NCBI GenBank assembly: GCA_949288095.1
Contig: CASEIX010000024.1
Location: forward strand, 1 to 58,339
From: an uncultured Eubacteriales bacterium
GTDB lineage: Bacteria > Bacillota > Clostridia > TANB77 > CAG-508
Direction of reading: 5' to 3'
DNA length: 58,339 nt
The translations under genes and the position numbers were made by a program. The notes beneath the pieces were generated by a model, which worked only from the letters and a program-made list of their open reading frames with translations, did no database searches and was not told the origin of the DNA. Positions 19,653 to 29,150 of this stretch are shown here, one piece after another (the stretch's first letter is position 1; every line of letters begins with the position of its first letter).

Positions 19653-20444
19653 ATGGCGAAAATAACAGCATGGGATAGAGTAATGTTAGCAAGAAAAATG
19701 AATAGACCAAAAGCATTAGATTATATCAATGGGCTATTTGATGACTTTATAGAGCTACATGGTGATAGAAATTTCGGAGATGATAAAGCAATTGTTGGAG
19801 GAATTGCGACATTTGATGGTATTCCAGTCACTATAATAGGAGAGCAAAAAGGAAAAAAAGCAAAAGAAAATATGGAAAGAAATTTTGGAATGCCAAATCC
19901 GGAAGGATACAGAAAAGCATTACGATTAATGAAACAAGCAGAAAAATTTAATAGACCAATTATTACGTTTATTGATACACCTGGTGCATATCCTGGAATG
20001 GGAGCAGAAGAAAGAGGCCAAGGAGAAGCAATTGCTAGAAATTTATTTGAGATGTCAAAACTAGAAGTACCAATTATTTGTGTCGTTATTGGAGAAGGTT
20101 CTAGTGGTGGTGCATTGGCAATTGCTGTGGGAGATAGAATTGCTATGTTAGAAAATGCAGTATATTCCATCTTGTCACCAGAAGGATTTGCTAGTATCTT
20201 ATATAAAGATTCAAGTAGAGCAAAAGAAGCAGCAGGAGATATGAAGGCTACAGCTAAAGATTTAAAAGATTTTGGAATTATTGATAAAATCATAAAAGAA
20301 CCAGAAGGTGGTGCACAGGAAGATATTGATATGGTTATAAAAGAACTAAAATCATATATCAAAAAAAGTTTAAAGGAATTAAGTACATTATCTAAAAAAG
20401 AATTAGTAGAAAACAGATATGAAAAATTTAGAACAATGTGTTAA
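19653..20444 (+). CDS. accA: acetyl-CoA carboxylase carboxyltransferase alpha subunit
   Basis: [21 protein letters not shown]...[23 protein letters not shown], a typical AccA sequence. Confidence 0.95.
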   Translation: MAKITAWDRVMLARKMNRPKALDYINGLFDDFIELHGDRNFGDDKAIVGGIATFDGIPVTIIGEQKGKKAKENMERNFGMPNPEGYRKALRLMKQAEKFNRPIITFIDTPGAYPGMGAEERGQGEAIARNLFEMSKLEVPIICVVIGEGSSGGALAIAVGDRIAMLENAVYSILSPEGFASILYKDSSRAKEAAGDMKATAKDLKDFGIIDKIIKEPEGGAQEDIDMVIKELKSYIKKSLKELSTLSKKELVENRYEKFRTMC

Positions 20445-20519
20445 AAATAGTATATGAAAAAATAATATGTATGATTTCTTATACGATTAAATAAAAATAT
20501 AAATTAGGAGGAATTTAAA

Positions 20520-21290
20520 ATGTTATTAGAAGGTAAAAAAGTAGTGATTATGGGAGTAAGAAATAAATGGAGTATTGCATGGGGAGCAGCACAATCAGCT
20601 TATGAACAAGGTGCAGAAGTAATTTGTACTTGTTCAGGAGACAGTGTAGAAAAAGTAAAAGACATGGTAAAAGATATGCCAAGAGTAAGTGTTTATGAAT
20701 GTAATGATGTAAGCAAAGACGAAGATATAGATAAATGCTTAGAAGAAATTAAAAAAGATCATGGAAAAATAGATGGATTATTACATGCCATTGCACATGC
20801 AAATACAGAAGATTTAAGAAATGATTTTATTTTAACATCAAGAGATGGATATGCACACGCACAAGATGTAAGTGCTTATTCATTAGTTGCTATTGTTAGA
20901 ATGGCAAGAGAAAAAGAAATGTTAAACAAAGGAGCAAGTATAGTTGCATATACATATTATGGTTCAGAAAAAGCAATTGAAGGATATAATGTTATGGGTG
21001 TTGCAAAAGCTGCATTAGAAGCAAGTATTAGATACTTAGCAAGAGATTTAGGAAAAGATGGATATAGAATTAATGGAATTTCAGCTGGACCAATTAAAAC
21101 ATTATCTGCAAAAGGAATTAAAGATTTTGGTTCAATACTAGATATCGTTGAAGAAAGAGCACCATTACATAGAAATGTTACTATTAATCAGGTAGGAGAT
21201 AGTACAGCATTTTTATTTAGTGATATGTCAAGTGCAATCACTGGAGAAATTATTCATGTAGATAACGGTTTCTCAACTGTTGGTGTATAA
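20520..21290 (+). CDS. fabI: enoyl-[acyl-carrier-protein] reductase FabI-type
   Basis: GVRNKWSIAWGAAQ N-terminal motif, Y-x6-K (YNVMGVAKAAL) and ISAGPIKTLSA. Confidence 0.85.
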   Translation: MLLEGKKVVIMGVRNKWSIAWGAAQSAYEQGAEVICTCSGDSVEKVKDMVKDMPRVSVYECNDVSKDEDIDKCLEEIKKDHGKIDGLLHAIAHANTEDLRNDFILTSRDGYAHAQDVSAYSLVAIVRMAREKEMLNKGASIVAYTYYGSEKAIEGYNVMGVAKAALEASIRYLARDLGKDGYRINGISAGPIKTLSAKGIKDFGSILDIVEERAPLHRNVTINQVGDSTAFLFSDMSSAITGEIIHVDNGFSTVGV

Positions 21291-21388
21291 TAAAAATATG
21301 ATAAAAAAGAAATTACTTTATATTGAAAAGATATAGAGTAATTTTTGTTTTTATGGTAAAATAAGAAAAAACGAAGGAGAAAAAGAAA

Positions 21389-21808
21389 ATGGTATTATTA
21401 AAAATATTAGCAGGATTAATCATCTATATATTGGTTTGTGTAATAATTGGATTGATAAAGTTTAAAGAAAAGCAAAAAAAATATATCATGTCTACATTAT
21501 CTGTCATATTTAATGGTTTTATGGGATTTATGGACACCATATTTTTTCTGCTATTCTATATGTTCTTTTCAAATATGCCAAATGGAAGTGGATATGAAGT
21601 ACCAGAAAGTGAAGCTGGTTTTAATGCAATGATAGGAATATTTCTTCTTGTTGTCTATTTATTATTATTACTGCCTATTAATATATATATGAAACGAAAA
21701 GGGAAAATTAGCACAAAAGTATATGTATTAATCAATATATTGGCGACATTAGTGGGATTAGGAGTTTATTGGATTTGGGTAGGAACACAATTTACAAAGA
21801 TATTTTAA
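21389..21808 (+). CDS. polytopic membrane protein, unknown function
   Basis: Four hydrophobic segments. SD GAAGGAG is upstream. Confidence 0.6.
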   Translation: MVLLKILAGLIIYILVCVIIGLIKFKEKQKKYIMSTLSVIFNGFMGFMDTIFFLLFYMFFSNMPNGSGYEVPESEAGFNAMIGIFLLVVYLLLLLPINIYMKRKGKISTKVYVLINILATLVGLGVYWIWVGTQFTKIF

Positions 21809-21827
21809 CTAAAAAACAAATAAAAAA

Positions 21828-21861
21828 AGTCCTAGAGTTAAGTACTCTAGAACTTTTTTTG
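21828..21861 (+). terminator. rho-independent terminator
   Basis: AGTCCTAGAG-TTAAGTA-CTCTAGAACTTTTTTT. Confidence 0.75.
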
Positions 21862-22052
21862 TACCTTGATTATACCAATAAATATGATAGATATCAATAA
21901 AAAATCTAAAATAAAATAACAAAGTCTATAAATTAAAATGTAAAAAATAAAGAAGTTAAAAACTCTAAACTACCTAAATAATGCATAAAATTCAACTTCC
22001 TATATTTCTTAGAGTACTTAACTAAAAGAAAGTATAGAAGGGAGAAGATAAA

Positions 22053-23642
22053 ATGCAAAAGATAAGGAAAGAACAAGGAATTACACTATTAGCATTGGTT
22101 ATCACAATTATTATATTATTAATTTTAGCAGGAATTACAATAAGTGCCATTACAGGAGATAATGGAATCATAGGAAATGCAGGTCAAGCAAAAGAAGAAA
22201 CAGAAATTGCGAATGAAAAAGAAATCGTAGAAAAAGCAACCGTGCAAGCAGTGGGAAATAATAAATATGGGAATATAGAGGAAAGTGAATTACAAGAACA
22301 ATTGGATAAAGAAACCAAAGAAGGAGAAACAGAAGTATCAGATGTCGGAGATGAATTTGAAGTTGTATTTCATGAAAGTAATAGATATTATACAGTAGAT
22401 AAAGATGGAAATGTAGAAGGTGCTTATGAAATTATAGAAGATACACATCCAGGAGATATAACAGTAGGAAAAGATGGAGAAACATTGGATGGAAGTGAAG
22501 AAAAACCATATGAGATTTGGTGTATAGAGGACTTATGTGCATTTTCGAATGAAGTAAATAAAGGAACAAGTTTTTTGAATAAATATATAAAATTAATGAG
22601 AGATTTAAATTTTAATTCGGATTTTTCTTACGTAAATGGAAACATATCTGTAGATGGCAATATTCAAAGTTGTCAATCAATCGAAGAATTAAAAAAGCTA
22701 TTAACAGAAAATGAAGGGTTTTATCCAATTGGAGATAGAAGTACAGTAACTTCTGTTTTTACAGGAATACTAGATGGGAATCATAAAATCATTAAAAATA
22801 TTTATATTAATAGACCAGATATGACAGTAGGATTATTTGGAACGACCCTTATACAGTATTCAGATATGCTTATTAAAGATTTAAGTATTTCTGGAGATAT
22901 AACTGGTAATACTGCAGGAGGAATATATGGTATATTGTCAAATACGAATCCTAATGTATGTGTTAAAATAGAAAATTGTACAAGTGATGTAACAATAGAA
23001 GGAAAGGTAACAGGAGGAATAATAGGAGGCGTTGGTTCAGGGGCTAATTCTAGTTATATAATGATATCTAATTGTATAAATACAGGAAAAATTAATGGAG
23101 CTACTAGGGCAGGAGGAATACTAGGACAGCATTATAATAATGATGCTAAGATAGTAAATTGTTATAATTTAGGAAATATATCAGGAGAAGGAGATGTTGG
23201 AGGAATTATAGGATATGAGTATAGGGGATCAAATGTAATAAATTCATATAATTTAGGAAATGTGACATCTGATTCAAATGCAGGTGGAATAATAGGAAAT
23301 TTAGAATGGGCTGAAAGAATTATAGAAAATTGCTATAACATTGGAAAAGTATCGGGAAAAGTTGCAGGAGGTATTCTAGGAGGATTAAATACAAGCAATG
23401 AATTATTGATTACAAAAAACTGCTATTATTTGAACACAAATATTTCAAAAGGAATTGGAGGATGGGATTCTAGTAAAGAAACATTAGAAGATATACAAGG
23501 TCTTTCAGACACAGAAATGAAATCAACCGAAATATTAGAGAAACTCAATAACTATGTAACAGAAAATATAACAATGAAAGATGTTGTGTTAAAAAAATGG
23601 ATAGTAGGAGAGGATGGATATCCTGGATTTGATAATAACTAA
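22053..23642 (+). CDS. surface protein: prepilin-like N-terminal module fused to GLUG-motif repeats
   Basis: The N-terminus QG|ITLLALVITIIILLILAGITISAITGDNGI...EIANEKEIVEKATVQAVGNNK is paralogous to 14131..16473. The C-terminal half has six (A/T/V)GGI(I/L/Y)G repeats. Confidence 0.75.
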   Translation: MQKIRKEQGITLLALVITIIILLILAGITISAITGDNGIIGNAGQAKEETEIANEKEIVEKATVQAVGNNKYGNIEESELQEQLDKETKEGETEVSDVGDEFEVVFHESNRYYTVDKDGNVEGAYEIIEDTHPGDITVGKDGETLDGSEEKPYEIWCIEDLCAFSNEVNKGTSFLNKYIKLMRDLNFNSDFSYVNGNISVDGNIQSCQSIEELKKLLTENEGFYPIGDRSTVTSVFTGILDGNHKIIKNIYINRPDMTVGLFGTTLIQYSDMLIKDLSISGDITGNTAGGIYGILSNTNPNVCVKIENCTSDVTIEGKVTGGIIGGVGSGANSSYIMISNCINTGKINGATRAGGILGQHYNNDAKIVNCYNLGNISGEGDVGGIIGYEYRGSNVINSYNLGNVTSDSNAGGIIGNLEWAERIIENCYNIGKVSGKVAGGILGGLNTSNELLITKNCYYLNTNISKGIGGWDSSKETLEDIQGLSDTEMKSTEILEKLNNYVTENITMKDVVLKKWIVGEDGYPGFDNN

Positions 23643-23710
23643 TCATAAAGTTAAAATTCAAACTACTCAATAGAAAATATATTTGTTAAATTAATGAATT
23701 AAATATTGCA

Positions 23711-23762
23711 AAATCTCTAATTGCGTTGTAAAATAATGGAAATGCAATTAGAGATTTTTTTG
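23711..23762 (+). terminator. rho-independent terminator
   Basis: A 14-bp stem AAATCTCTAATTGC...GCAATTAGAGATTT followed by a T-run. Confidence 0.75.
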
Positions 23763-23840
23763 TTTTATTCATAAAGTTTTATTGTTAATAAAAAATATGT
23801 TAATATAGGATATGAAAAAGAAGAAGAATATTTAACAGAC

Positions 23841-24227
23841 ATGGTAAAATACTATATCATAGAATTACCAAAGTTTAAGAAAAAGAAACCAAAGGTAGCA
23901 GATTTACTAGAAAAATGGTTATATGTGATTGGGGGAGATAGAAAAATGATGGAAGAATGCAAAAAAGAAAATGAAGAAATCAAAGAAGCAGTAGAACAAT
24001 TAACACAAATGAGTGCAGATGAATACGAAAGAGAACTATATGAAATTAGGGAAAGAAGTAGATTAACTTATAACACAGAAATGTATGAAGCAAGAAGGAA
24101 AGGATTAGAAGAAGGGAAGACTGAAGAAAGAAAAGAAATTGCTAAGAAAATGAAAGAAAAAGGTACAGATATTACATATATAATCGAGATAACAGGTTTA
24201 ACTGAAGAAGAAATTAAAGCATTGTAA
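23841..24227 (+). pseudogene. C-terminal fragment of an Rpn/YhgA-like (PD-(D/E)XK) recombination-promoting nuclease
   Basis: YYIIELPKFKKK followed by the charged repeat tail (ERELYEIRERSRL...RRKGLEEGKTEERKEIAKKM..GLTEEEIKAL). This is typical of the last third of Rpn proteins. The nuclease N-terminus is absent. Confidence 0.55.
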
Positions 24228-24265
24228 AAACGGATATATAAATTCGTAAAAATATCAAAAAGCAC

Positions 24266-24293
24266 TTGAAAAATCTAAAAAACATGATATAAT
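24266..24293 (+). promoter_or_regulatory. sigma-A-type promoter for the ileS leader
   Basis: TTGAAA, a 16-nt spacer with an extended -10, then TGaTATAAT. Confidence 0.6.
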
Positions 24294-24309
24294 AATGAAC
24301 ATAATATAG

Positions 24310-24566
24310 AAAAACGATAGTCAGGACACGATAAATGGCATAATATCTTAAAGAGAGCCAAAGGTAGCTGAGAATTTGGTAAGTAAACTCTATTTATTAT
24401 CCCCTAACTGTTACTAAACTGAAATAAAAGTAAGTATAGTCGTAAATCTGCGTTAAAGATAAATGAGAGAACTAATTAAAAGAGAATTAATTAGTTAAAA
24501 TAGGTGGTACCGCGGAAAGTAAAGCTATTTCGTCCTAAGTTAGGATGTTAAATAGCTTTTTTTGTT
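24310..24566 (+). promoter_or_regulatory. T-box leader (tRNA-sensing riboswitch) with terminator
   Basis: AGAGAG and GCTGAGA stem I elements, and the conserved T-box AAAATAGGTGGTACCGCG at about 24497..24514. The terminator AAAGCTATTT...AAATAGCTTTTTTT spans 24521..24566. The 5' boundary is approximate. Confidence 0.8.
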
Positions 24567-24695
24567 TAAAACAGATGAAAATCAACATCTTGCACATTTT
24601 TTTGAGCCTATGCAAACTTCAATGTACAATAAGTACATTTTCAGCTTGCAAGACTCTTCAAAAATGCACAATATATTAATTTTGATTTGTTTTAA
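24566..24695. repeat. 130-nt imperfect palindrome inside the ileS leader
   Basis: Arms 24566..24627 and 24633..24695 are complementary at roughly three quarters of positions. The centre is GTAC-AATAA-GTAC. Confidence 0.7.
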
Positions 24696-24770
24696 AGAAT
24701 GAGGGAATCAGCATCCTATACATGAAAGTTTATAATTTTAAAAACATAAAAATAAAAAGGAGGAATTTGT

Positions 24771-27700
24771 ATGTACAAAAAAGTAGAATTGCAAAATGGT
24801 TTTGTCGGAATGGAAAATGATGTTGCCAAAATGTGGAAGGACAAAGACATCATAAAGAAAAGCCTTAACGGAAATCAAGGGAAAAGATATTTTACCTTTT
24901 ATGATGGACCTCCAACAGCAAATGGAAAACCACATGTAGGACATATTGAAACAAGAGTTATGAAAGACTTAATTCCAAGATACAAAGTCATGAAAGGATA
25001 CAGAGTTATCAGAAAAGCTGGATGGGATACACATGGATTACCAGTAGAACTAGAAATAGAGAAAAAACTAGGTATTTCAGGAAAACAACAAATAGAAGAA
25101 TATGGTGTAGAAAAATTTGTAAAACAATGTAAAGAAAGCGTTTTTGAATATGTTCATTTATGGGAAGAAATGACAAACAAAGTTGGATTCTGGGTAGATA
25201 TGGATGATCCATATGTAACTTATCATAATGAATATATTGAATCTGTATGGTGGGCATTAAAACAAATGTGGGAAAAAGGATTACTTTATGAAGGACATAA
25301 AGTAATGCCATATTGTCCAAGATGTGGAACAGCTTTATCATCACACGAAGTAGCACAAGGATACAAAGATGTAAAAGATTTAACATGTATTGCGAAATTT
25401 AAAGTAGTTGGAAAAGATAACACATATATCTTAGCATGGACAACAACTCCATGGACATTACCATCAAACTTAGCACTTTGTGTTAATAAATCATATGAAT
25501 ATGCTGAAGTAAAAGCCAATATTGGAACAGATGATGAACCAATATATGAAAACTATATTTTAGCAAAAGATTTATTAGAAACCGTATTAAAAGAAACACC
25601 ATATGATGTTGTAAAAACATTTAAAGGTGAAGAATTATTAGGTACAAAATATGAAAGATTAATACCATTTGGAGAAGTAGAAGGAAAAGCATTTGAAGTT
25701 ATTCATGGGGACTATGTTACATTAACAGATGGTACAGGTATTGTTCATATTGCACCTGCTTATGGTGAAGATGATAGTTATGTTGCAAAACAAAATGGTA
25801 TTACCTTTATTAATCTAGTAGACAAAGAAGGAAAATTTGTAAAAGAAGTAGAACCATGGGCTGGAAGATTTGTAAGAGATTGTAATGAGGATATTTGTAA
25901 ATGGTTAAAACAAGAAAATAAACTATTCAGCAAAGAAAAACATATGCACTCATATCCACATTGCTGGAGATGTGATACACCACTTTTATATTATCCAAAA
26001 GAAAGTTGGTTTGTTGCTATGAGTAAACTAAGAGATGAATTAGTTGAAAATAATAGCAAAGTAAACTGGTATCCAGAAACGATTAAAACAGGAAGATTTG
26101 GAAAATTCCTAGAAAATGTTATTGACTGGGGAATTTCAAGAGATAGATATTGGGGAACACCACTACCAATCTGGACTTGTGAAGATGAAAATTGTGGACA
26201 TCAAGAATGTATTGGTTCAATTGCAGAATTAAAAGAAAAAGGTATTGATGTACCAGATGATATAGAATTGCATAAACCATATATTGATAATGTATATTTG
26301 AAATGTCCAAAATGTGGCAAGAAAATGCATAGAGCAAAAGAAGTTATCGACTGTTGGTTTGACTCAGGTTCAATGCCTTTTGCACAATGGCATTATCCAT
26401 TTGAAAATAAAGAAATGTTTGACAACAATTTCCCTGCTGGATTTATTTCAGAGGCAGTTGATCAAACAAGAGGATGGTTCTATACATTAACAGCAATTGG
26501 AACCGCACTATTTAATAGAACACCATTTGAAAACTGTATCGTTTTAGGTCATGTCTTAGATGAAAAAGGACAAAAGATGTCTAAATCAAAAGGAAATGGT
26601 GTAGACCCAATGGAATTATTAAACACAGTTGGTGCAGATGCAACAAGATGGCATTTCTATACATGCAGTGCTCCATGGCTACCTACAAGATTAGGATTAG
26701 ATAATGTAAAAGAAACTCAAAGAGGATTTTTAAGCACATTATGGAATGTATATTCTTTCTATGTGTTATATGCAGAAATAGACCAATTCAATCCATTAAC
26801 ATATAAAGATTTCAAAGTAACAAATATTATGGATAAATGGATTATTTCAAAACTAAATACATTAATCAAAGATGTAGATAATAAATTAGATAGTTATGAT
26901 ATTACAGGAGCCGCATTAGAAATAGAAGAGTTTACAGACAGTTTATCAAACTGGTATGTCAGAAGAAACAGAGAAAGATTCTGGAGTCAAGAATTAACAG
27001 ATGACAAGATTGGAGCATATGTAACACTATATAAAGTATTAGTAGACTTATGCAAAGTATCAGCACCATTTGTACCATTCATGACAGAAGAAATTTATCA
27101 AAACCTAGTGGTTAGCTTAGACAAAACAGCACCTGAAAGTATCCATTTATGTTCATGGCCAGAAGTAGATGAAAATGTCATTGACAAAGACTTAGAAAAA
27201 GAAATGGACTTAGCATATAGAATTGTCAAACTAGGAAGAAGTGCAAGAAACTCTGTAAACATCAAAAACAGACAACCATTATCAGAAATGTTAATCTCAA
27301 TAGATACACTTCCAGAATATTATGCAGACATTGTAAAAGAAGAATTAAATGTCAAAGAAGTTGTATTAGGAGCAGAAATGTCTGAATATGTAAACTTCGA
27401 AATCAAACCAAATTTACCAGTCTTAGGAAAAGAATATGGTAAATTAATTCCTAGAATTAGAGAAGAAATTGCAAAGAAAAATCAAATGGACTTAGCAAAT
27501 ACAGTAAAAAATGGTGGAGTAGAATATATTGAAATCGATGACACACAAATTGGACTAAACGCAGAAAACTTACTAGTCACAATGCAAGGAAAAGAAGGAT
27601 TTGCATTTAGTGGAGAAGGAGAAATTGGTGTTGTATTAGACACAACTATCACACCAGAACTAGCAGAAGAAGGAGTCCTAAGAGAAGTCTTATCAAAAGT

Positions 27701-27914
27701 ACAAAACATGAGAAAAGACAGTGGATTTGAAGTATTAGACAGAATCAATCTATATGTAGCAGGAAATGAAAAAGTAGAAGCTGTTATCAAAAAATACGAA
27801 GAAACCATCAAACATGACACATTAGCAGACAACATCTTCTATAACAAAGAAGGAAGAGATTATACTGATACAAATATTAATGGAGAGAATTTAAAGATTG
27901 ATGTGGAACGTTAG
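24771..27914 (+). CDS. ileS: isoleucine--tRNA ligase (long, about 1,050-aa form)
   Basis: HIGH motif [17 protein letters not shown] motif KMSKSKGN, and the editing and Zn-finger regions. The last codons GTG GAA CGT TAG lie in the repeat at 27903. Confidence 0.97.
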   Translation: MYKKVELQNGFVGMENDVAKMWKDKDIIKKSLNGNQGKRYFTFYDGPPTANGKPHVGHIETRVMKDLIPRYKVMKGYRVIRKAGWDTHGLPVELEIEKKLGISGKQQIEEYGVEKFVKQCKESVFEYVHLWEEMTNKVGFWVDMDDPYVTYHNEYIESVWWALKQMWEKGLLYEGHKVMPYCPRCGTALSSHEVAQGYKDVKDLTCIAKFKVVGKDNTYILAWTTTPWTLPSNLALCVNKSYEYAEVKANIGTDDEPIYENYILAKDLLETVLKETPYDVVKTFKGEELLGTKYERLIPFGEVEGKAFEVIHGDYVTLTDGTGIVHIAPAYGEDDSYVAKQNGITFINLVDKEGKFVKEVEPWAGRFVRDCNEDICKWLKQENKLFSKEKHMHSYPHCWRCDTPLLYYPKESWFVAMSKLRDELVENNSKVNWYPETIKTGRFGKFLENVIDWGISRDRYWGTPLPIWTCEDENCGHQECIGSIAELKEKGIDVPDDIELHKPYIDNVYLKCPKCGKKMHRAKEVIDCWFDSGSMPFAQWHYPFENKEMFDNNFPAGFISEAVDQTRGWFYTLTAIGTALFNRTPFENCIVLGHVLDEKGQKMSKSKGNGVDPMELLNTVGADATRWHFYTCSAPWLPTRLGLDNVKETQRGFLSTLWNVYSFYVLYAEIDQFNPLTYKDFKVTNIMDKWIISKLNTLIKDVDNKLDSYDITGAALEIEEFTDSLSNWYVRRNRERFWSQELTDDKIGAYVTLYKVLVDLCKVSAPFVPFMTEEIYQNLVVSLDKTAPESIHLCSWPEVDENVIDKDLEKEMDLAYRIVKLGRSARNSVNIKNRQPLSEMLISIDTLPEYYADIVKEELNVKEVVLGAEMSEYVNFEIKPNLPVLGKEYGKLIPRIREEIAKKNQMDLANTVKNGGVEYIEIDDTQIGLNAENLLVTMQGKEGFAFSGEGEIGVVLDTTITPELAEEGVLREVLSKVQNMRKDSGFEVLDRINLYVAGNEKVEAVIKKYEETIKHDTLADNIFYNKEGRDYTDTNINGENLKIDVER

Positions 27915-27958
27915 GGACGTGTCAAATCGTTTCAAAATGGAACGAAAGGGACAGACCT
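27903..27958 (+). repeat. REP-like palindromic unit, short form
   Basis: GTGGAACGTTAGGGACGTGTCAAATCGTTTCAAAATGGAACGAAAGGGACAGACCT. Confidence 0.9.
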
Positions 27959-28063
27959 AAAAAACGATTTGGTTATATTGGAAATGACACAAGAATGAAT
28001 AAAAATGAAAAGGATATATCTAAAAATACAAACATTTGAGTAGGTATGTCCTTTTTATTTTAG

Positions 28064-28092
28064 TTGACAAATGGAAAAAAATGTAATATTAT
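28064..28092 (+). promoter_or_regulatory. sigma-A-type promoter upstream of the RAYT gene
   Basis: TTGACA, a 17-nt spacer, then TATTAT. Confidence 0.5.
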
Positions 28093-28163
28093 ATCAAATA
28101 GTTATATAATCAAATATAATAATTAAAGTTTTATCAAAATAATTTTATTTCAAAGGAGAATTT

Positions 28164-28919
28164 ATGTCTAGAATTGCGAGAAATCAAATGGAAACCACTT
28201 TTTTTCATAATATGACACAGGGAATAAACAAAGAATATATTTTTGAAGAAAATAGATGTAAAAAGAAATATATAGAACTATTACAAAAAGAAGTAAATGA
28301 ATTTAATATAAATTTGATTGCTTTTACTATCATGAATAACCATGCACATATATTATTGCATACAGAAAATATAAGTAACATGAGTAAATTTATGAAAACA
28401 ATTAATGAAAAATTTGCAATGTATTACAATTATATAAATAAAAGAGTAGGAATTGTTTTTAGAAATCGATATAAAAGCCAACCAATATTAAGTGAAAAGC
28501 AACTATTAAATTGTATCAGATATATTTTTAATAATCCTGTAAGAGCAAAAATTGTTTTAAATCCAGAAAAATATATTTATTCTAATTTTAAAGATTTTCA
28601 AGTTAGTCAAATATCAGAAATTTCGTTAGATAGAATTTATAAAAATATTAATAATTCGATTGATTTTCCAAATGTAAAAAATCAAAAAATAATAGCAGAA
28701 GCAGAATTTTTAGATACGTTTGAGGATACAGAAATATTTATTAAAGAATTAATAAAAAATTATGAAAAAGGAAAAGACTTAATGATAGGTAAAAATACAG
28801 AGGAAATGAAAAAGATTGTACAATATGTAAAAGAAAATACAAATATATCGCATAAGTTTTTGGCAGATATATTACATGTATCTAAAACAACAATTAGTCG
28901 ATATATAAAAGGTGAATGA
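28164..28919 (+). CDS. REP-associated tyrosine transposase (RAYT) / IS200-like Y1 HUH transposase with C-terminal HTH-like tail
   Basis: HUH motif NNHAHILLH, GIVFRNRYKSQPI block, catalytic Tyr block CIRYIFNNPVRAKIV and C-terminal LADILHVSKTTISRYIKGE. Confidence 0.8.
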   Translation: MSRIARNQMETTFFHNMTQGINKEYIFEENRCKKKYIELLQKEVNEFNINLIAFTIMNNHAHILLHTENISNMSKFMKTINEKFAMYYNYINKRVGIVFRNRYKSQPILSEKQLLNCIRYIFNNPVRAKIVLNPEKYIYSNFKDFQVSQISEISLDRIYKNINNSIDFPNVKNQKIIAEAEFLDTFEDTEIFIKELIKNYEKGKDLMIGKNTEEMKKIVQYVKENTNISHKFLADILHVSKTTISRYIKGE

Positions 28920-29081
28920 TAAAATTACAACATTATAATTTTTTATTAAACTTTATAATGTTGTAGTAAAAACAAAACAAGTGATACTTTTATGACAAAA
29001 AACTCTTAATTTGTCATAAAAAGTATTGTAAAAGAATTAATTAAATATTATAATACATAAGAATAAAAGATAAAAAGAACG

Positions 29082-29136
29082 AGGTCTGTCCCTTTCGTTT
29101 CATTTTGAAACGATTTGGCACGTCCCTAACGTTCCA
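29082..29136 (-). repeat. REP-like palindromic unit, short form (inverted)
   Basis: AGGTCTGTCCCTTTCGTTTCATTTTGAAACGATTTGGCACGTCCCTAACGTTCCA. It ends directly against the SD AAGGAGG of the next gene. Confidence 0.9.
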
Positions 29137-29150
29137 AAGGAGGATAAAAG

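Larger units (their letters stand above)
27903..29136. mobile_element. REPtron-like unit: RAYT-type transposase gene flanked by inverted REP-like repeats
   Basis: The 56-nt unit at 27903..27958 and its reverse complement at 29082..29136 bracket the HUH/Y1 transposase ORF 28164..28919. Confidence 0.7.

Noticed and set aside
19721-20362. Long antisense ORFs in the six-frame track. Examples are 19721..20362, 10475..11059, 8249..8701, 6101..6508, 18928..19356, 30645..30980 and 27482..27835, all on the strand opposite well-supported genes.
   Set aside because: They lie entirely inside genes with strong family motifs on the other strand. They have low-complexity, hydrophobic or Ser/Ile/Phe-rich translations typical of shadow frames in AT-rich DNA, and they have no SD.
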